From the NCBI GenBank assembly GCA_945874765.1, contig CAMCHQ010000009.1:6186-70185 (forward strand): 64,000 nt of DNA. The letters run 5' to 3'. This document shows positions 20,575 to 29,364 of this stretch, in pieces; position 1 is the first letter of the stretch; each line of letters starts with the position of its first letter. A model generated the notes under the pieces. It was not told the DNA's origin and made no database searches. It saw only the letters and a program-made list of their open reading frames with translations. The stretch is from an uncultured Clostridia bacterium. Its GTDB lineage: Bacteria; Bacillota; Clostridia; Oscillospirales; Acutalibacteraceae. A program made the position numbers and the translations under genes.

Positions 20575-21936
20575 ATGAAAACTGATTTAATTAACGGAAA
20601 GCCTTTAAAAAGTATTATTTTATTTGCTCTTCCGATTATGGCAAGCTCAATGCTTCAATATAATTATAATTTGGTTGACAATATCATTGTGGGTAGATTT
20701 GTCGGTACGAACGCACTTGCCGCTGTCGGTAATGTTGGTTCGATTAACGGCTTTATAATCGGAACTTCTTTGGGCTTAACTTCGGGTTTTACAATTTCTG
20801 TCGCTCAATCATTTGGTGCTAAACGGTTTGATAAAATGAATAAGTACGCCGGTAACAGTATCACCCTTTCATTTCTTATCGGTATGATAATAATGATTGC
20901 AGCCCATTTCCTTTCCCGTCCTCTTTTAAGAGCGATTGATACTCCGAATGAAATTATTGATATGTCGGCGCAATATATTGACGTTCTTTATTATGCCGTT
21001 CCTGTTCAAATGTCGTTAAATAATTTCAATGCACTTTCAAGAGCGGTAGGGGACAGTAAAAGACCGCTGTACTTTTTAATTGTAAGCGTTGTTGTTAATT
21101 TGGTGCTTGATATTTTGTTTGTCGGCGTGTTTAAATGGGGCGTAATCGGTGCGGCTTGGGCAACTGCATTGTCCGAACTTGTTGCGGCTGTTTTGTCAGG
21201 CGTGAGTGTTTTTAAATATACGAACGAATACTCGATTAATAAAGAAACGCTTAAACTTGACGGTAAAATATCTTGGTCGCAAATAAAAATAGGTATTCCA
21301 ATTTCGCTTCAGTTCAGTATAACTTCAATCGGCTCAATGGTGCTTCAAACTGCAGTAAACGGTTTTGGCGCTAATGTTATTGCAGGCTTTACTGCCGCCG
21401 GAAGGGTGGAACAACTAACCAATATTCCTATGTCGGGCTTAGGCGTGGGCAATATGACTTTTGTTTCGCAAAATTACGGCGCCGGCAAGTATGAGAGAAT
21501 ACTTAAAAGTGTTAAGCGTATATTTATTCTTGATGTGATAGTATCTGTTTTTTGCAGTGCGATTTTAGTCGGAATAGGTCCTTTTATTGTAAAACTCTTT
21601 ATGAAAGAATATAATCCTGAGATAATGAATGCCGCTAATCATTACCTTTGGGCAATAGCCGAGTGCTACAGCCTTGTTGCCGTTTTGTTTGTATTCAGAA
21701 ATACGCTTCAGGGTCTCGGATTTACTTATGCTAATATGATTGCAGGCGCAGGCGAATTTTTCGGCAGACTTGCCGTTGCATTAATATTTACTAAGATTAT
21801 AGGATTTAATGCAATTTGTTATGCGGGTCCCGTTGCATGGCTTCTTGCGGATATTCCGCTTATAATAATTTATCTTAATAAGAAAAAGAAATTTAAACAA
21901 ATGATACAAAATCAAAATTTAACTGTTAAGGAGTGA
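20575..21936 (+). CDS. MATE family efflux transporter
   Basis: 453 aa, 12 TM. The N-terminus (PLKSIILFALPIMASSMLQ..YNLVD..IVGRFVG..ALAAVG) is typical of MATE. Confidence 0.85.
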   Translation: MKTDLINGKPLKSIILFALPIMASSMLQYNYNLVDNIIVGRFVGTNALAAVGNVGSINGFIIGTSLGLTSGFTISVAQSFGAKRFDKMNKYAGNSITLSFLIGMIIMIAAHFLSRPLLRAIDTPNEIIDMSAQYIDVLYYAVPVQMSLNNFNALSRAVGDSKRPLYFLIVSVVVNLVLDILFVGVFKWGVIGAAWATALSELVAAVLSGVSVFKYTNEYSINKETLKLDGKISWSQIKIGIPISLQFSITSIGSMVLQTAVNGFGANVIAGFTAAGRVEQLTNIPMSGLGVGNMTFVSQNYGAGKYERILKSVKRIFILDVIVSVFCSAILVGIGPFIVKLFMKEYNPEIMNAANHYLWAIAECYSLVAVLFVFRNTLQGLGFTYANMIAGAGEFFGRLAVALIFTKIIGFNAICYAGPVAWLLADIPLIIIYLNKKKKFKQMIQNQNLTVKE

Positions 21937-21944
21937 TTTCAATT

Positions 21945-22634
21945 ATGTATTATATTGTTTTATCGGTCGGAGTTGTGGTTTCTCTGATTTTTTGCTTTAA
22001 GAGAAGTAAGGGCTACAGCGTAAATAATTTGATTTTTAAATCGGTATCAAGCCTTTGCTATCTTTTAACTGCGGTTTTTGCGATTATTACAAATTGGCAG
22101 GCATATACATATGGCTCTCTTGTAATTATGGGCGGTGCATTGGGTCTTGTAGGCGATATTCTGCTTGATTTAAAGGGAATATATAAAAATGAGGAAAAAA
22201 TCTATTTAAAAGGCGGATTTATATTCTTTTTGATAGGTCATATTTTCTATTTCTGCGCTGTTATATATTCAATTAAAATGAAGTGGTATCTGGTATTAAT
22301 TGCCGCTGTAATTTCTATCGTAATCGGTATTTTAACGGTCCTTTCTGCTAATATGATGAAAGTTCATTACGGAGCATACAGACGTATTGTTGCTGTTTAT
22401 GTTGCTTTCCTCGCAATGACTTCGGTAATTTCGGTAATGGCTGTTTTTGTTACTCATTTCCAAAAAGCATATATTATTATGGCAATCGGTTCAATATTGT
22501 TCCTGCTTTCCGACGCCGTTTTGTCTAATACTTTCTTTGGAAGAGGCAAGGATAAACCTATCCATTTGTTTGTTAATCATTTTCTTTATTATGCCGGTCA
22601 ATATCTCATTGCCGCATCTGTTATGTTTGCATAA
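21945..22634 (+). CDS. YhhN/TMEM86-like (lysoplasmalogenase family) membrane protein
   Basis: The start is moved to ATG 21945, 11 nt after AAGGAG. Polytopic, with LVGDILLD, FLIGHIFY and LFLLSDAVL blocks resembling the YhhN family. The assignment is from memory only. Confidence 0.5.
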   Translation: MYYIVLSVGVVVSLIFCFKRSKGYSVNNLIFKSVSSLCYLLTAVFAIITNWQAYTYGSLVIMGGALGLVGDILLDLKGIYKNEEKIYLKGGFIFFLIGHIFYFCAVIYSIKMKWYLVLIAAVISIVIGILTVLSANMMKVHYGAYRRIVAVYVAFLAMTSVISVMAVFVTHFQKAYIIMAIGSILFLLSDAVLSNTFFGRGKDKPIHLFVNHFLYYAGQYLIAASVMFA

Positions 22635-22647
22635 ATGCTAAAAAAAG

Positions 22648-22673
22648 AAGGACTTGGATTTTTCCAAGTCCTT
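22648..22673. terminator. Bidirectional terminator
   Basis: aaggacttgga / tccaagtcctt stem flanked by an A-run and a T-run. Confidence 0.8.
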
Positions 22674-22687
22674 TTGCTGTTTATAGG

Positions 22688-23350
22688 TTATTCGGCATTG
22701 TTATTGCTTTTTATTTCTTCCAAAATTTCAATGCATTTTTCAAGCCTTTCGTCACTTGACTGAATACCGTTTTTCGAAATGTTATTGCAAATCATATCGT
22801 CAATGATATCCTCAACTCTTGAAAGAGAAGCAATAAGCTCCGTTTTGTCATCATTTCTTTCATCTCTGTTTTCGATTGCCTGTGTTTTAGAAAACAGTTT
22901 TCCGTTTTGATTTAATTTGACATTGTCAACAATTGTGCCGTTTTTCTCAATCATAATTGAATCAATATTTTCCGAAGAACGGTGCGCAACTCTCTTAAGC
23001 TTATTGAAAATATAGGTAGCGTCAAAAAGACTTGAAAACGTAAGCTTTTCGACACCCGTTGCTCTGTTGACAAATAATATGATTTTTTGGTTTGTGTTAT
23101 TTATTGTTACTTCATTAACTTTTTTGAGGAATGGCGCCGTTGCTGTAGATAACTCGTCAAAAGTGAATGTGTAAAGCAAATTCATATTGTCATCAAATAC
23201 AAGTGCATTTTCTCTGAGTGCTAAATTGTATTTGGAATTTTCAAATTCAAACGGTATTAAGTCTCCGTGAGAAGTGTTCATATCCTCAACCGAATACGAA
23301 TTGTTAATGTTTCTGCTGTTGTTAAGCAGTTTTCTTAATTTTAACGGCAT
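22688..23350 (-). CDS. Hypothetical soluble protein, 220 aa, no recognisable family
   Basis: AAGGGGA RBS, a TTGCAT-17-TATAAT promoter upstream, and a terminator downstream. Confidence 0.6.
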   Translation of the reverse strand: MPLKLRKLLNNSRNINNSYSVEDMNTSHGDLIPFEFENSKYNLALRENALVFDDNMNLLYTFTFDELSTATAPFLKKVNEVTINNTNQKIILFVNRATGVEKLTFSSLFDATYIFNKLKRVAHRSSENIDSIMIEKNGTIVDNVKLNQNGKLFSKTQAIENRDERNDDKTELIASLSRVEDIIDDMICNNISKNGIQSSDERLEKCIEILEEIKSNNNAE

Positions 23351-23505
23351 ATAAATTTCCCCTTAATTCATTGATAAATTCATTATATACCTGTGTTTAC
23401 GTAAATGCAACAAATTTGTCATATTTTGTTGATTATTAAACCAAACAATTCTTATTATATTGTTTTATTATTGCTTATGTGCTATAATCAATTGGGTGAT
23501 GATTT

Positions 23506-23886
23506 ATGAAAATGTGGTTTTTTATGCTGTTTATAGTAATAATTTTACCGCTTATTATGTTTATGAGCAGTTTTTATTTTATTGCCGGCGGACCTAAAAA
23601 CGTTAATAATATTTTCGGCTACAGGACAGGGTGGTCTATGATTAATAAAGATACTTGGACTTTTGCTCACGAACATTGCGGCAAGCTTTGGCTCAAATTC
23701 GGCGGCGGTTTTATTTTAGCGTCGGTTGTTATTATGCTTTGCCTTATTAAAACCGACCAAAGGGTATTTGTTGCTGTCGGTTTTGTACTGTTCTTGGCTG
23801 AATTTGTGACCTTGTTTGTTACAATCCATAAAACGGAAAAAGCATTGGCGGATAATTTTGATTTAAACGGTAACAGAAAAAAATAA
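23506..23886 (+). CDS. SdpI/YhfL-family small membrane protein
   Basis: IFGYRTGWSMINKDTWTFAHEHCGKLW matches the SdpI-family core. 3-4 TM, 126 aa. Confidence 0.6.
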   Translation: MKMWFFMLFIVIILPLIMFMSSFYFIAGGPKNVNNIFGYRTGWSMINKDTWTFAHEHCGKLWLKFGGGFILASVVIMLCLIKTDQRVFVAVGFVLFLAEFVTLFVTIHKTEKALADNFDLNGNRKK

Positions 23887-23936
23887 TCATTCATTTTACG
23901 TTTAATGTATAAACTGTTTAAAAATTATACATAATA

Positions 23937-23990
23937 TCCTATTGACAAGGTAGGGAATTAGTGCTATTATTTCCTATTGAAAAGGTAGGA
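23937..23990 (+). promoter_or_regulatory. Fe-S operon promoter overlapped by two direct copies of a 19-20 bp imperfect palindrome (candidate repressor operator)
   Basis: TCCTATTGAcAAGGTAGGgA (23937-23956) and TCCTATTGAaAAGGTAGGA (23972-23990). TTGACA (23942-23947), 17 nt, TGcTATTAT (23962-23970). Confidence 0.5.
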
Positions 23991-24077
23991 ATATTAATCA
24001 ATATATTCCGTCTTTATAAATATTAATTTCCTGTCAACCACAGCAGGCTTTAAATTTGTGGTTAGAAAGGCGATATT

Positions 24078-25253
24078 ATGACAGTTTATGCAGATAATGC
24101 AGCAACAACTCAAATGAGTGAAAATGCGTTAAAAGCAATGATGCCGCTTCTTACCGATATTTACGGTAATCCGTCATCACTTCATTCTGTTGGTCAAATT
24201 GCTAAGGAGCATTTGGAAGCTGCAAGGGAAACTGTTGCCGAATGTATCGGTGCAGACCCTAAAGAAATATATTTCACCTCAGGCGGCAGCGAAGCTGATA
24301 ATCAGGCTATTCGTTCTGCGGCTTATATCGGTGCAAGAAAAGGCAAAAAACATATTATTTCAAGTAAGTTTGAACACCACGCTGTTCTTCATACGCTTGA
24401 CGCACTTAAAAAAGAGGGCTTTACCGTTACTCTTCTTGACGTTTATTCAAACGGTATTGTTAAGCCGGAAGACGTTAAAAATGCTATTACAGACGATACT
24501 TGCCTTGTAACAATTATGACTGCCAATAACGAAATCGGCACAATTCAGCCGATTGCCGAGATTGGTAAGATTTGCAAGGAAAAAGGCGTTCTTTTCCATA
24601 CCGACGCAGTTCAGGCAGTAGGTCATATTCCTGTTAATGTTAAGGATATGAACGTTGATATGCTCTCTGTTTCGGCTCATAAGTTCCACGGTCCTAAGGG
24701 TGTCGGATTCCTTTATGCACGTAAGGGTATTCTTCTTACAAACATTATTTACGGCGGTGCTCAGGAACGTAATAAGAGAGCAGGTACCGAAAATATGGCG
24801 TCAATCGCAGGTATGGCTGCTGCTATTAAGGACGCTACAGATAATCTTGAAGAAAATGCAAAAAAAGTTACTGCAATGAGGGACAGACTTATTGAAGGAC
24901 TTAAAGGCATTGAAAGAAGCAGAATTAACGGTGACCTTGAGCATCATTTGCCCGGCACACTTAATATGTGCTTTGAGGGTATTGAGGGTGAAAGCCTTCT
25001 CCTTTTGCTTGACGCTAAGGGTATTTGTGCATCAAGCGGCTCTGCTTGCACAAGCGGCAGCTTGGACCCGTCACACGTTCTACTTGCTATCGGTGTTCCT
25101 GTTGAAATTGCACACGGTTCTTTGAGACTTTCAATAAACGAATATAATACAATGGAGCAGATGGAACACATTATTAAATCGGTTCCGGAGGTAGTGAGTT
25201 ACCTGCGTTCTATTTCTCCCGTTTGGGAAAGAATTAAAAAGGAGGAAAAATAA
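24078..25253 (+). CDS. nifS: Cysteine desulfurase (NifS/IscS class I)
   Basis: PLP lysine context SVSAHKFHGPKGVG and active-site SSGSACTSG. Confidence 0.9.
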   Translation: MTVYADNAATTQMSENALKAMMPLLTDIYGNPSSLHSVGQIAKEHLEAARETVAECIGADPKEIYFTSGGSEADNQAIRSAAYIGARKGKKHIISSKFEHHAVLHTLDALKKEGFTVTLLDVYSNGIVKPEDVKNAITDDTCLVTIMTANNEIGTIQPIAEIGKICKEKGVLFHTDAVQAVGHIPVNVKDMNVDMLSVSAHKFHGPKGVGFLYARKGILLTNIIYGGAQERNKRAGTENMASIAGMAAAIKDATDNLEENAKKVTAMRDRLIEGLKGIERSRINGDLEHHLPGTLNMCFEGIEGESLLLLLDAKGICASSGSACTSGSLDPSHVLLAIGVPVEIAHGSLRLSINEYNTMEQMEHIIKSVPEVVSYLRSISPVWERIKKEEK

Positions 25254-25255
25254 TT

Positions 25256-25693
25256 ATGGCTCTTTATTCAGAAAAAGTAATGGACCACTTTACAAATCCG
25301 AGAAATGTTGGTAAAATTGAAGATGCCGACGGTATCGGTGAAGTTGGTAACGCTAAGTGCGGCGATATAATGAAAATGTATATTAAAGTAAACGACGAGG
25401 GTATAATCACTGATGTTAAGTTTAACACATTTGGTTGTGCTTCCGCTATTGCTTCAAGCTCAATGGCTACCGAGATGATTAAAGGTCAGCCTATTGATAA
25501 AGCTTTGGAGCTTACTAATAAAGCGGTCGTTGAAGCTCTTGACGGTTTGCCACCGGTAAAAATTCACTGTTCTGTTTTGGCGGAAGAGGCAGTTAAGGCT
25601 GCTGTAAAAGACTATTATGATAAAAAAGGCATAGAATATGACCCTGCCGAGTTTGCAGGCGTTGACTGTGCGGAGTGCGGAGTACACAATTAA
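25256..25693 (+). CDS. nifU: Fe-S cluster assembly scaffold NifU/IscU
   Basis: YSEKVMDHF.NPRNVG, GNAKCGD, FGCASAIASS, IHCSVLAE. Confidence 0.9.
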   Translation: MALYSEKVMDHFTNPRNVGKIEDADGIGEVGNAKCGDIMKMYIKVNDEGIITDVKFNTFGCASAIASSSMATEMIKGQPIDKALELTNKAVVEALDGLPPVKIHCSVLAEEAVKAAVKDYYDKKGIEYDPAEFAGVDCAECGVHN

Positions 25694-25694
25694 T

Positions 25695-26606
25695 ATGATT
25701 TCTGATATTCAGCAAGAGATAATTAAACTCAAAAAGGAGAAGGATATTTGTATTCTTGCTCATTGCTATCAATCACCGGAAATATTGGAAGTTGCCGACT
25801 TTGTCGGCGACTCCTTTGCGCTCTCTGTAGAGGCGTCAAAAGTTAATAATAAAATTGTAATTATGTGCGGTGTTCGCTTTATGGCTGAAACCGTTAAAAT
25901 CTTATCACCCGATAAAACAGTTTATTTGGCTAATCCGGATGCGGGTTGCCCTATGGCTGAAATGATGGATAAAGAGGTTATTTCACTTGTTAAGGAACAA
26001 TATCCCGATTATACGGTTGTTGCTTATATCAATACTACAAGTGAACTTAAAACTATCTGTGATGTTTGCGTAACTTCTTCTTCCGCTTTAAAAATTTGCA
26101 AGCAGATTGAAAATAAGAATATTCTTTTCATTCCTGATTGTAATTTGGGCGATTGGATTTCTAAGCAGCTTCCCGATAAGAACTTTAAACTTTTAAGCGG
26201 CGGCTGCCCAACTCACGCAAGAATGGGTGAAAGAGATGTTAAAAGAGCAAGAGAGGCTCACCCTGATGCACTTTTGCTTGTTCATCCCGAATGTGTGCCT
26301 GATGTTGTTAAACACGCTGATTATGTCGGTTCAACAACAGGTATTATGAACTATGCAAAACAAAGCGATGCTAAAGAATTTATTATCGGTACAGAAAACA
26401 GTATTGTTACTCATCTTCAAATGAGCTGTCCCGATAAGATGTTTTATCCGCTTTCAAAGGACTGCGTATGCCATAATATGAAGGCTACTACACTTGTTGA
26501 TGTACTTAATTGCTGTAAGGGTATTTTCGGCGAAGAAATTACTCTTGATGAAGAAACCTATCTCGGTGCAAAAAAATGTATCGATGAAATGATAAGGCTT
26601 GGTTAA
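25695..26606 (+). CDS. nadA: Quinolinate synthase NadA
   Basis: ATG 25695 is 1 nt after the nifU stop codon. ILAHCYQ, FVGDS, MCGVRFMAET, CPMA, HPEC, GTE motifs. Confidence 0.9.
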   Translation: MISDIQQEIIKLKKEKDICILAHCYQSPEILEVADFVGDSFALSVEASKVNNKIVIMCGVRFMAETVKILSPDKTVYLANPDAGCPMAEMMDKEVISLVKEQYPDYTVVAYINTTSELKTICDVCVTSSSALKICKQIENKNILFIPDCNLGDWISKQLPDKNFKLLSGGCPTHARMGERDVKRAREAHPDALLLVHPECVPDVVKHADYVGSTTGIMNYAKQSDAKEFIIGTENSIVTHLQMSCPDKMFYPLSKDCVCHNMKATTLVDVLNCCKGIFGEEITLDEETYLGAKKCIDEMIRLG

Positions 26607-27668
26607 ATGAATAAGAAATGTATTATCGCAATGAGCGGTGGCGTTGATTCCAGCGTTGCCGCTTTTTTAATGAAAGAAAAAGGCTATGAATGTATCGGCG
26701 CTACAATGAAACTTTATGATAACGAAGAAATCGGTATCAGCAGGGAAAAGACCTGTTGCTCGCTTGATGATATTGAAGATGCAAGAGCGGTTGCACGCCG
26801 TCTTTCTATGCCTTATTATGTCTTTAATTTTAAAGACGAATTTGAAGAAAAAGTAATAAATAAATTTATCAAAACTTATGAAAACGGCGGAACTCCGAAT
26901 CCCTGCATTGATTGTAACAGGTATTTGAAGTTTGAAAAGCTTTTTCAGCGTATGTATGAGCTTGGATATGATTATGTCGTAACTGGTCATTATGCAATTC
27001 TTGAGGAAAAAGACGGTTGGTTTTATCTAAAAAAGGGTAAGGACGATACTAAAGACCAAAGTTATGTTCTTTATTCTCTTACTCAAAACCAGCTTTCTCA
27101 TATTCAATTTCCTTTGGGTGAATATTCTAAAACGGAAATTCGTAAAATTGCGGAGGAACAACATTTTTTGAATGCACGTAAGCGTGACAGTCAGGATATT
27201 TGTTTCGTTCCCGACGGCGACTATGCGAAATTTATCGAGGGCTATCTCGGAAAAACTTATCCCGACGGTGATTTCGTCGATATTAACGGTAACGTTATCG
27301 GCAGGCATCACGGCATTATACGATATACAAACGGTCAAAGAAAAGGTCTTGGCGTTGCTTTCGGTAAACCTATGTACGTTGCCGGTAAGGATATTGAAAA
27401 AAATACCGTAACTCTTTGCACTAATGATGAACTTTTTTCAAAAGAAGTTAATGCTGTTGATTTTAATGCTCTCGTGCCGAATTTACCTGATGAATTTAAA
27501 TGTAAAGCACGTGTTCGTTATAATATGAAAGAGCAGGGCGCAACCGCTTATTTAGACGGTGACAAGCTTAAACTTATTTTTGATGAACCTCAAAGAGCTA
27601 TTACAAAAGGACAGGCTGTAGTCCTCTATGACGGCGATATTGTCATTGGCGGAGGAACAATAGTATGA
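26607..27668 (+). CDS. mnmA: tRNA 2-thiouridine(34) synthase MnmA
   Basis: AMSGGVDSSVAA PP-loop, NPCI.CN, TGHYA. Confidence 0.92.
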   Translation: MNKKCIIAMSGGVDSSVAAFLMKEKGYECIGATMKLYDNEEIGISREKTCCSLDDIEDARAVARRLSMPYYVFNFKDEFEEKVINKFIKTYENGGTPNPCIDCNRYLKFEKLFQRMYELGYDYVVTGHYAILEEKDGWFYLKKGKDDTKDQSYVLYSLTQNQLSHIQFPLGEYSKTEIRKIAEEQHFLNARKRDSQDICFVPDGDYAKFIEGYLGKTYPDGDFVDINGNVIGRHHGIIRYTNGQRKGLGVAFGKPMYVAGKDIEKNTVTLCTNDELFSKEVNAVDFNALVPNLPDEFKCKARVRYNMKEQGATAYLDGDKLKLIFDEPQRAITKGQAVVLYDGDIVIGGGTIV

Positions 27669-28129
27669 ACAGCGAAAATACGTGCTACAAGCAATCTGTG
27701 ACGGCTGTGGTGATACGTGACAACAAAGTTTTGCTTGCACGTCATACATACGGAGCAGGGAAGGGTTTGCTTATAGTTCCCGGCGGATATCTTAATTTTA
27801 ACGAAACGCCTGAAGATGCCGTTAAAAGAGAATATTTTGAAGAAACGGGAGTTATAATTGAGCCGAGAGATATTATAGCAGTCAGGTTTAATCTAAAAGA
27901 TTGGTATGTCGCTTTTTCTGCCGATTATGTCAGCGGAATAGAACATCCCGATAATGACGAAAACAGTGAAGTGTTGTGGCTTAATGTTAACGACGCACTT
28001 TCACGCTCAGACGTACCTGACCTTACAAAGAAACTGATTGAAGCAGCTTTGAACAATCAATCATCGCTTAAAAAGACTGAATATATCAGCCGAGAAAATC
28101 ACGGCACTTATTCACTTTATACTAAATAA
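27665..28129 (+). CDS. NUDIX hydrolase
   Basis: Nudix box GGYLNFNETPEDAVKREYFEETGV. ATGA overlap with mnmA. Confidence 0.8.
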   Translation: MNSENTCYKQSVTAVVIRDNKVLLARHTYGAGKGLLIVPGGYLNFNETPEDAVKREYFEETGVIIEPRDIIAVRFNLKDWYVAFSADYVSGIEHPDNDENSEVLWLNVNDALSRSDVPDLTKKLIEAALNNQSSLKKTEYISRENHGTYSLYTK

Positions 28130-28294
28130 ATATACAATATATTGGTCTGTATTATTTAAAACATCTATATTTGTAATCGGTCGACTTTTGTCTGATTTTT
28201 CTAAAATTTTGATTTTTATATTAAAAAACAGTTCAAAAATCGTTAATGTTTACAATTTGTTCATAAAATACTGCCATTTCTGTATATTTTTTTG

Positions 28295-28323
28295 TTGAAA
28301 TTTAATATCTTTAATGGTATACT
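28295..28323 (+). promoter_or_regulatory. Sigma-A type promoter with extended -10
   Basis: TTGAAA, 17 nt, TGgTATACT. Confidence 0.6.
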
Positions 28324-28354
28324 ACTATTAGACTTATAAGGGGGTAACTGTGCC

Positions 28355-29230
28355 TTGACTAAAGAAGAAAAACAAGCAAAAAAACTTGCCAAGAAAGAGG
28401 CAAAATCTGAAAAGAAAGAAGCTAAGGCCGAAAAGGCAAATGCTAAATATAAAGCAAAAGCTGAAAAGAAGCACGCTAAGGCTTATGCAAGCTTCGTAAA
28501 GGATACTGAAAAGAAGAATGCAAAGCTTCAGGCTAAGGCTCAAAAAGACGGTAAGGAATTTGTTCCTATCGCAGTTCCTAGTGTTGATGAATATCAAACA
28601 AAGAAGGAAATCAAGGCTGAAAAGGCTACAACTAAAGCATACGGAAAGTATGTTAAAAAATTAGAAAAGAAGAATGCTAAGGCTGAGAAGAAATGTGCTA
28701 AGAAGGGTAAGCCGTTTGTTCCTGTTCAAATTCCTACTGAAGAAGAATTTGCTAATTCATCAACAGGCAATCAGAACAAGGCAGGCAAGATTATTCTTAT
28801 GATAATCCTCCTTCTCCTTATTTGGTTCTTAATTTACTTCATCATTATGTATGTTAATACAGCATACGTTGCACCTGTTGTTGAAGAGACAACAGCTGCA
28901 GAAGAAAGTAAGACACCGGCTGTATATGACCTTTATTCCAATCCGCACGAGATTACAACAACTCCTGATTACAATGTTGAAGATGCTAAGCGTTTCCTTA
29001 AGCAAACAATTCACGATAACTGGAGCACAATCGGTTATAGTTCAGACGTTTCTAACAGTGCTATTTCATTCAACAACAGTGTTAAAACAGTAAACGGTGC
29101 TGATTGTTATATGTTCACTTGTTCAGGTAAGCAGTTTGCAGTTGCTGTTAAGCTTTCAGCTGTTTATTATGTAAATAACGGTGAATATGTACCGCTTTCA
29201 TTTGCTAATACTGAGATTTTGTTTGACTGA
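28355..29230 (+). CDS. Single-pass membrane protein with a Lys/Ala/Glu-rich cytoplasmic tail and a small extracellular domain, unknown function
   Basis: TTG start 10 nt after AAGGGGG. About 135 aa of basic low-complexity sequence with an internal duplication, then a TM (IILMIILLLLIWFLIYFIIMYV), then a C-terminal domain of about 125 aa. Confidence 0.6.
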   Translation: MTKEEKQAKKLAKKEAKSEKKEAKAEKANAKYKAKAEKKHAKAYASFVKDTEKKNAKLQAKAQKDGKEFVPIAVPSVDEYQTKKEIKAEKATTKAYGKYVKKLEKKNAKAEKKCAKKGKPFVPVQIPTEEEFANSSTGNQNKAGKIILMIILLLLIWFLIYFIIMYVNTAYVAPVVEETTAAEESKTPAVYDLYSNPHEITTTPDYNVEDAKRFLKQTIHDNWSTIGYSSDVSNSAISFNNSVKTVNGADCYMFTCSGKQFAVAVKLSAVYYVNNGEYVPLSFANTEILFD

Positions 29231-29251
29231 TACATAACATAATCTATAAAT

Positions 29252-29283
29252 AAGGCTGTCATCATTTGGTGACAGCCTTTTGT
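29252..29283 (+). terminator. Rho-independent terminator
   Basis: aaggctgtca / tgacagcctt stem followed by TTTT. Confidence 0.8.
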
Positions 29284-29304
29284 TATATAAATTTATTCAG
29301 ATAC

Positions 29305-29337
29305 TAAAAAACACCTTGCAAATTAATGCAAGGTGTT
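29305..29337 (-). terminator. Rho-independent terminator of the SDR gene
   Basis: aacaccttgca / tgcaaggtgtt stem with a U6 tract on the minus strand. Confidence 0.8.
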
Positions 29338-29364
29338 AATTTTATGTATTGATGCGATTTAAAC

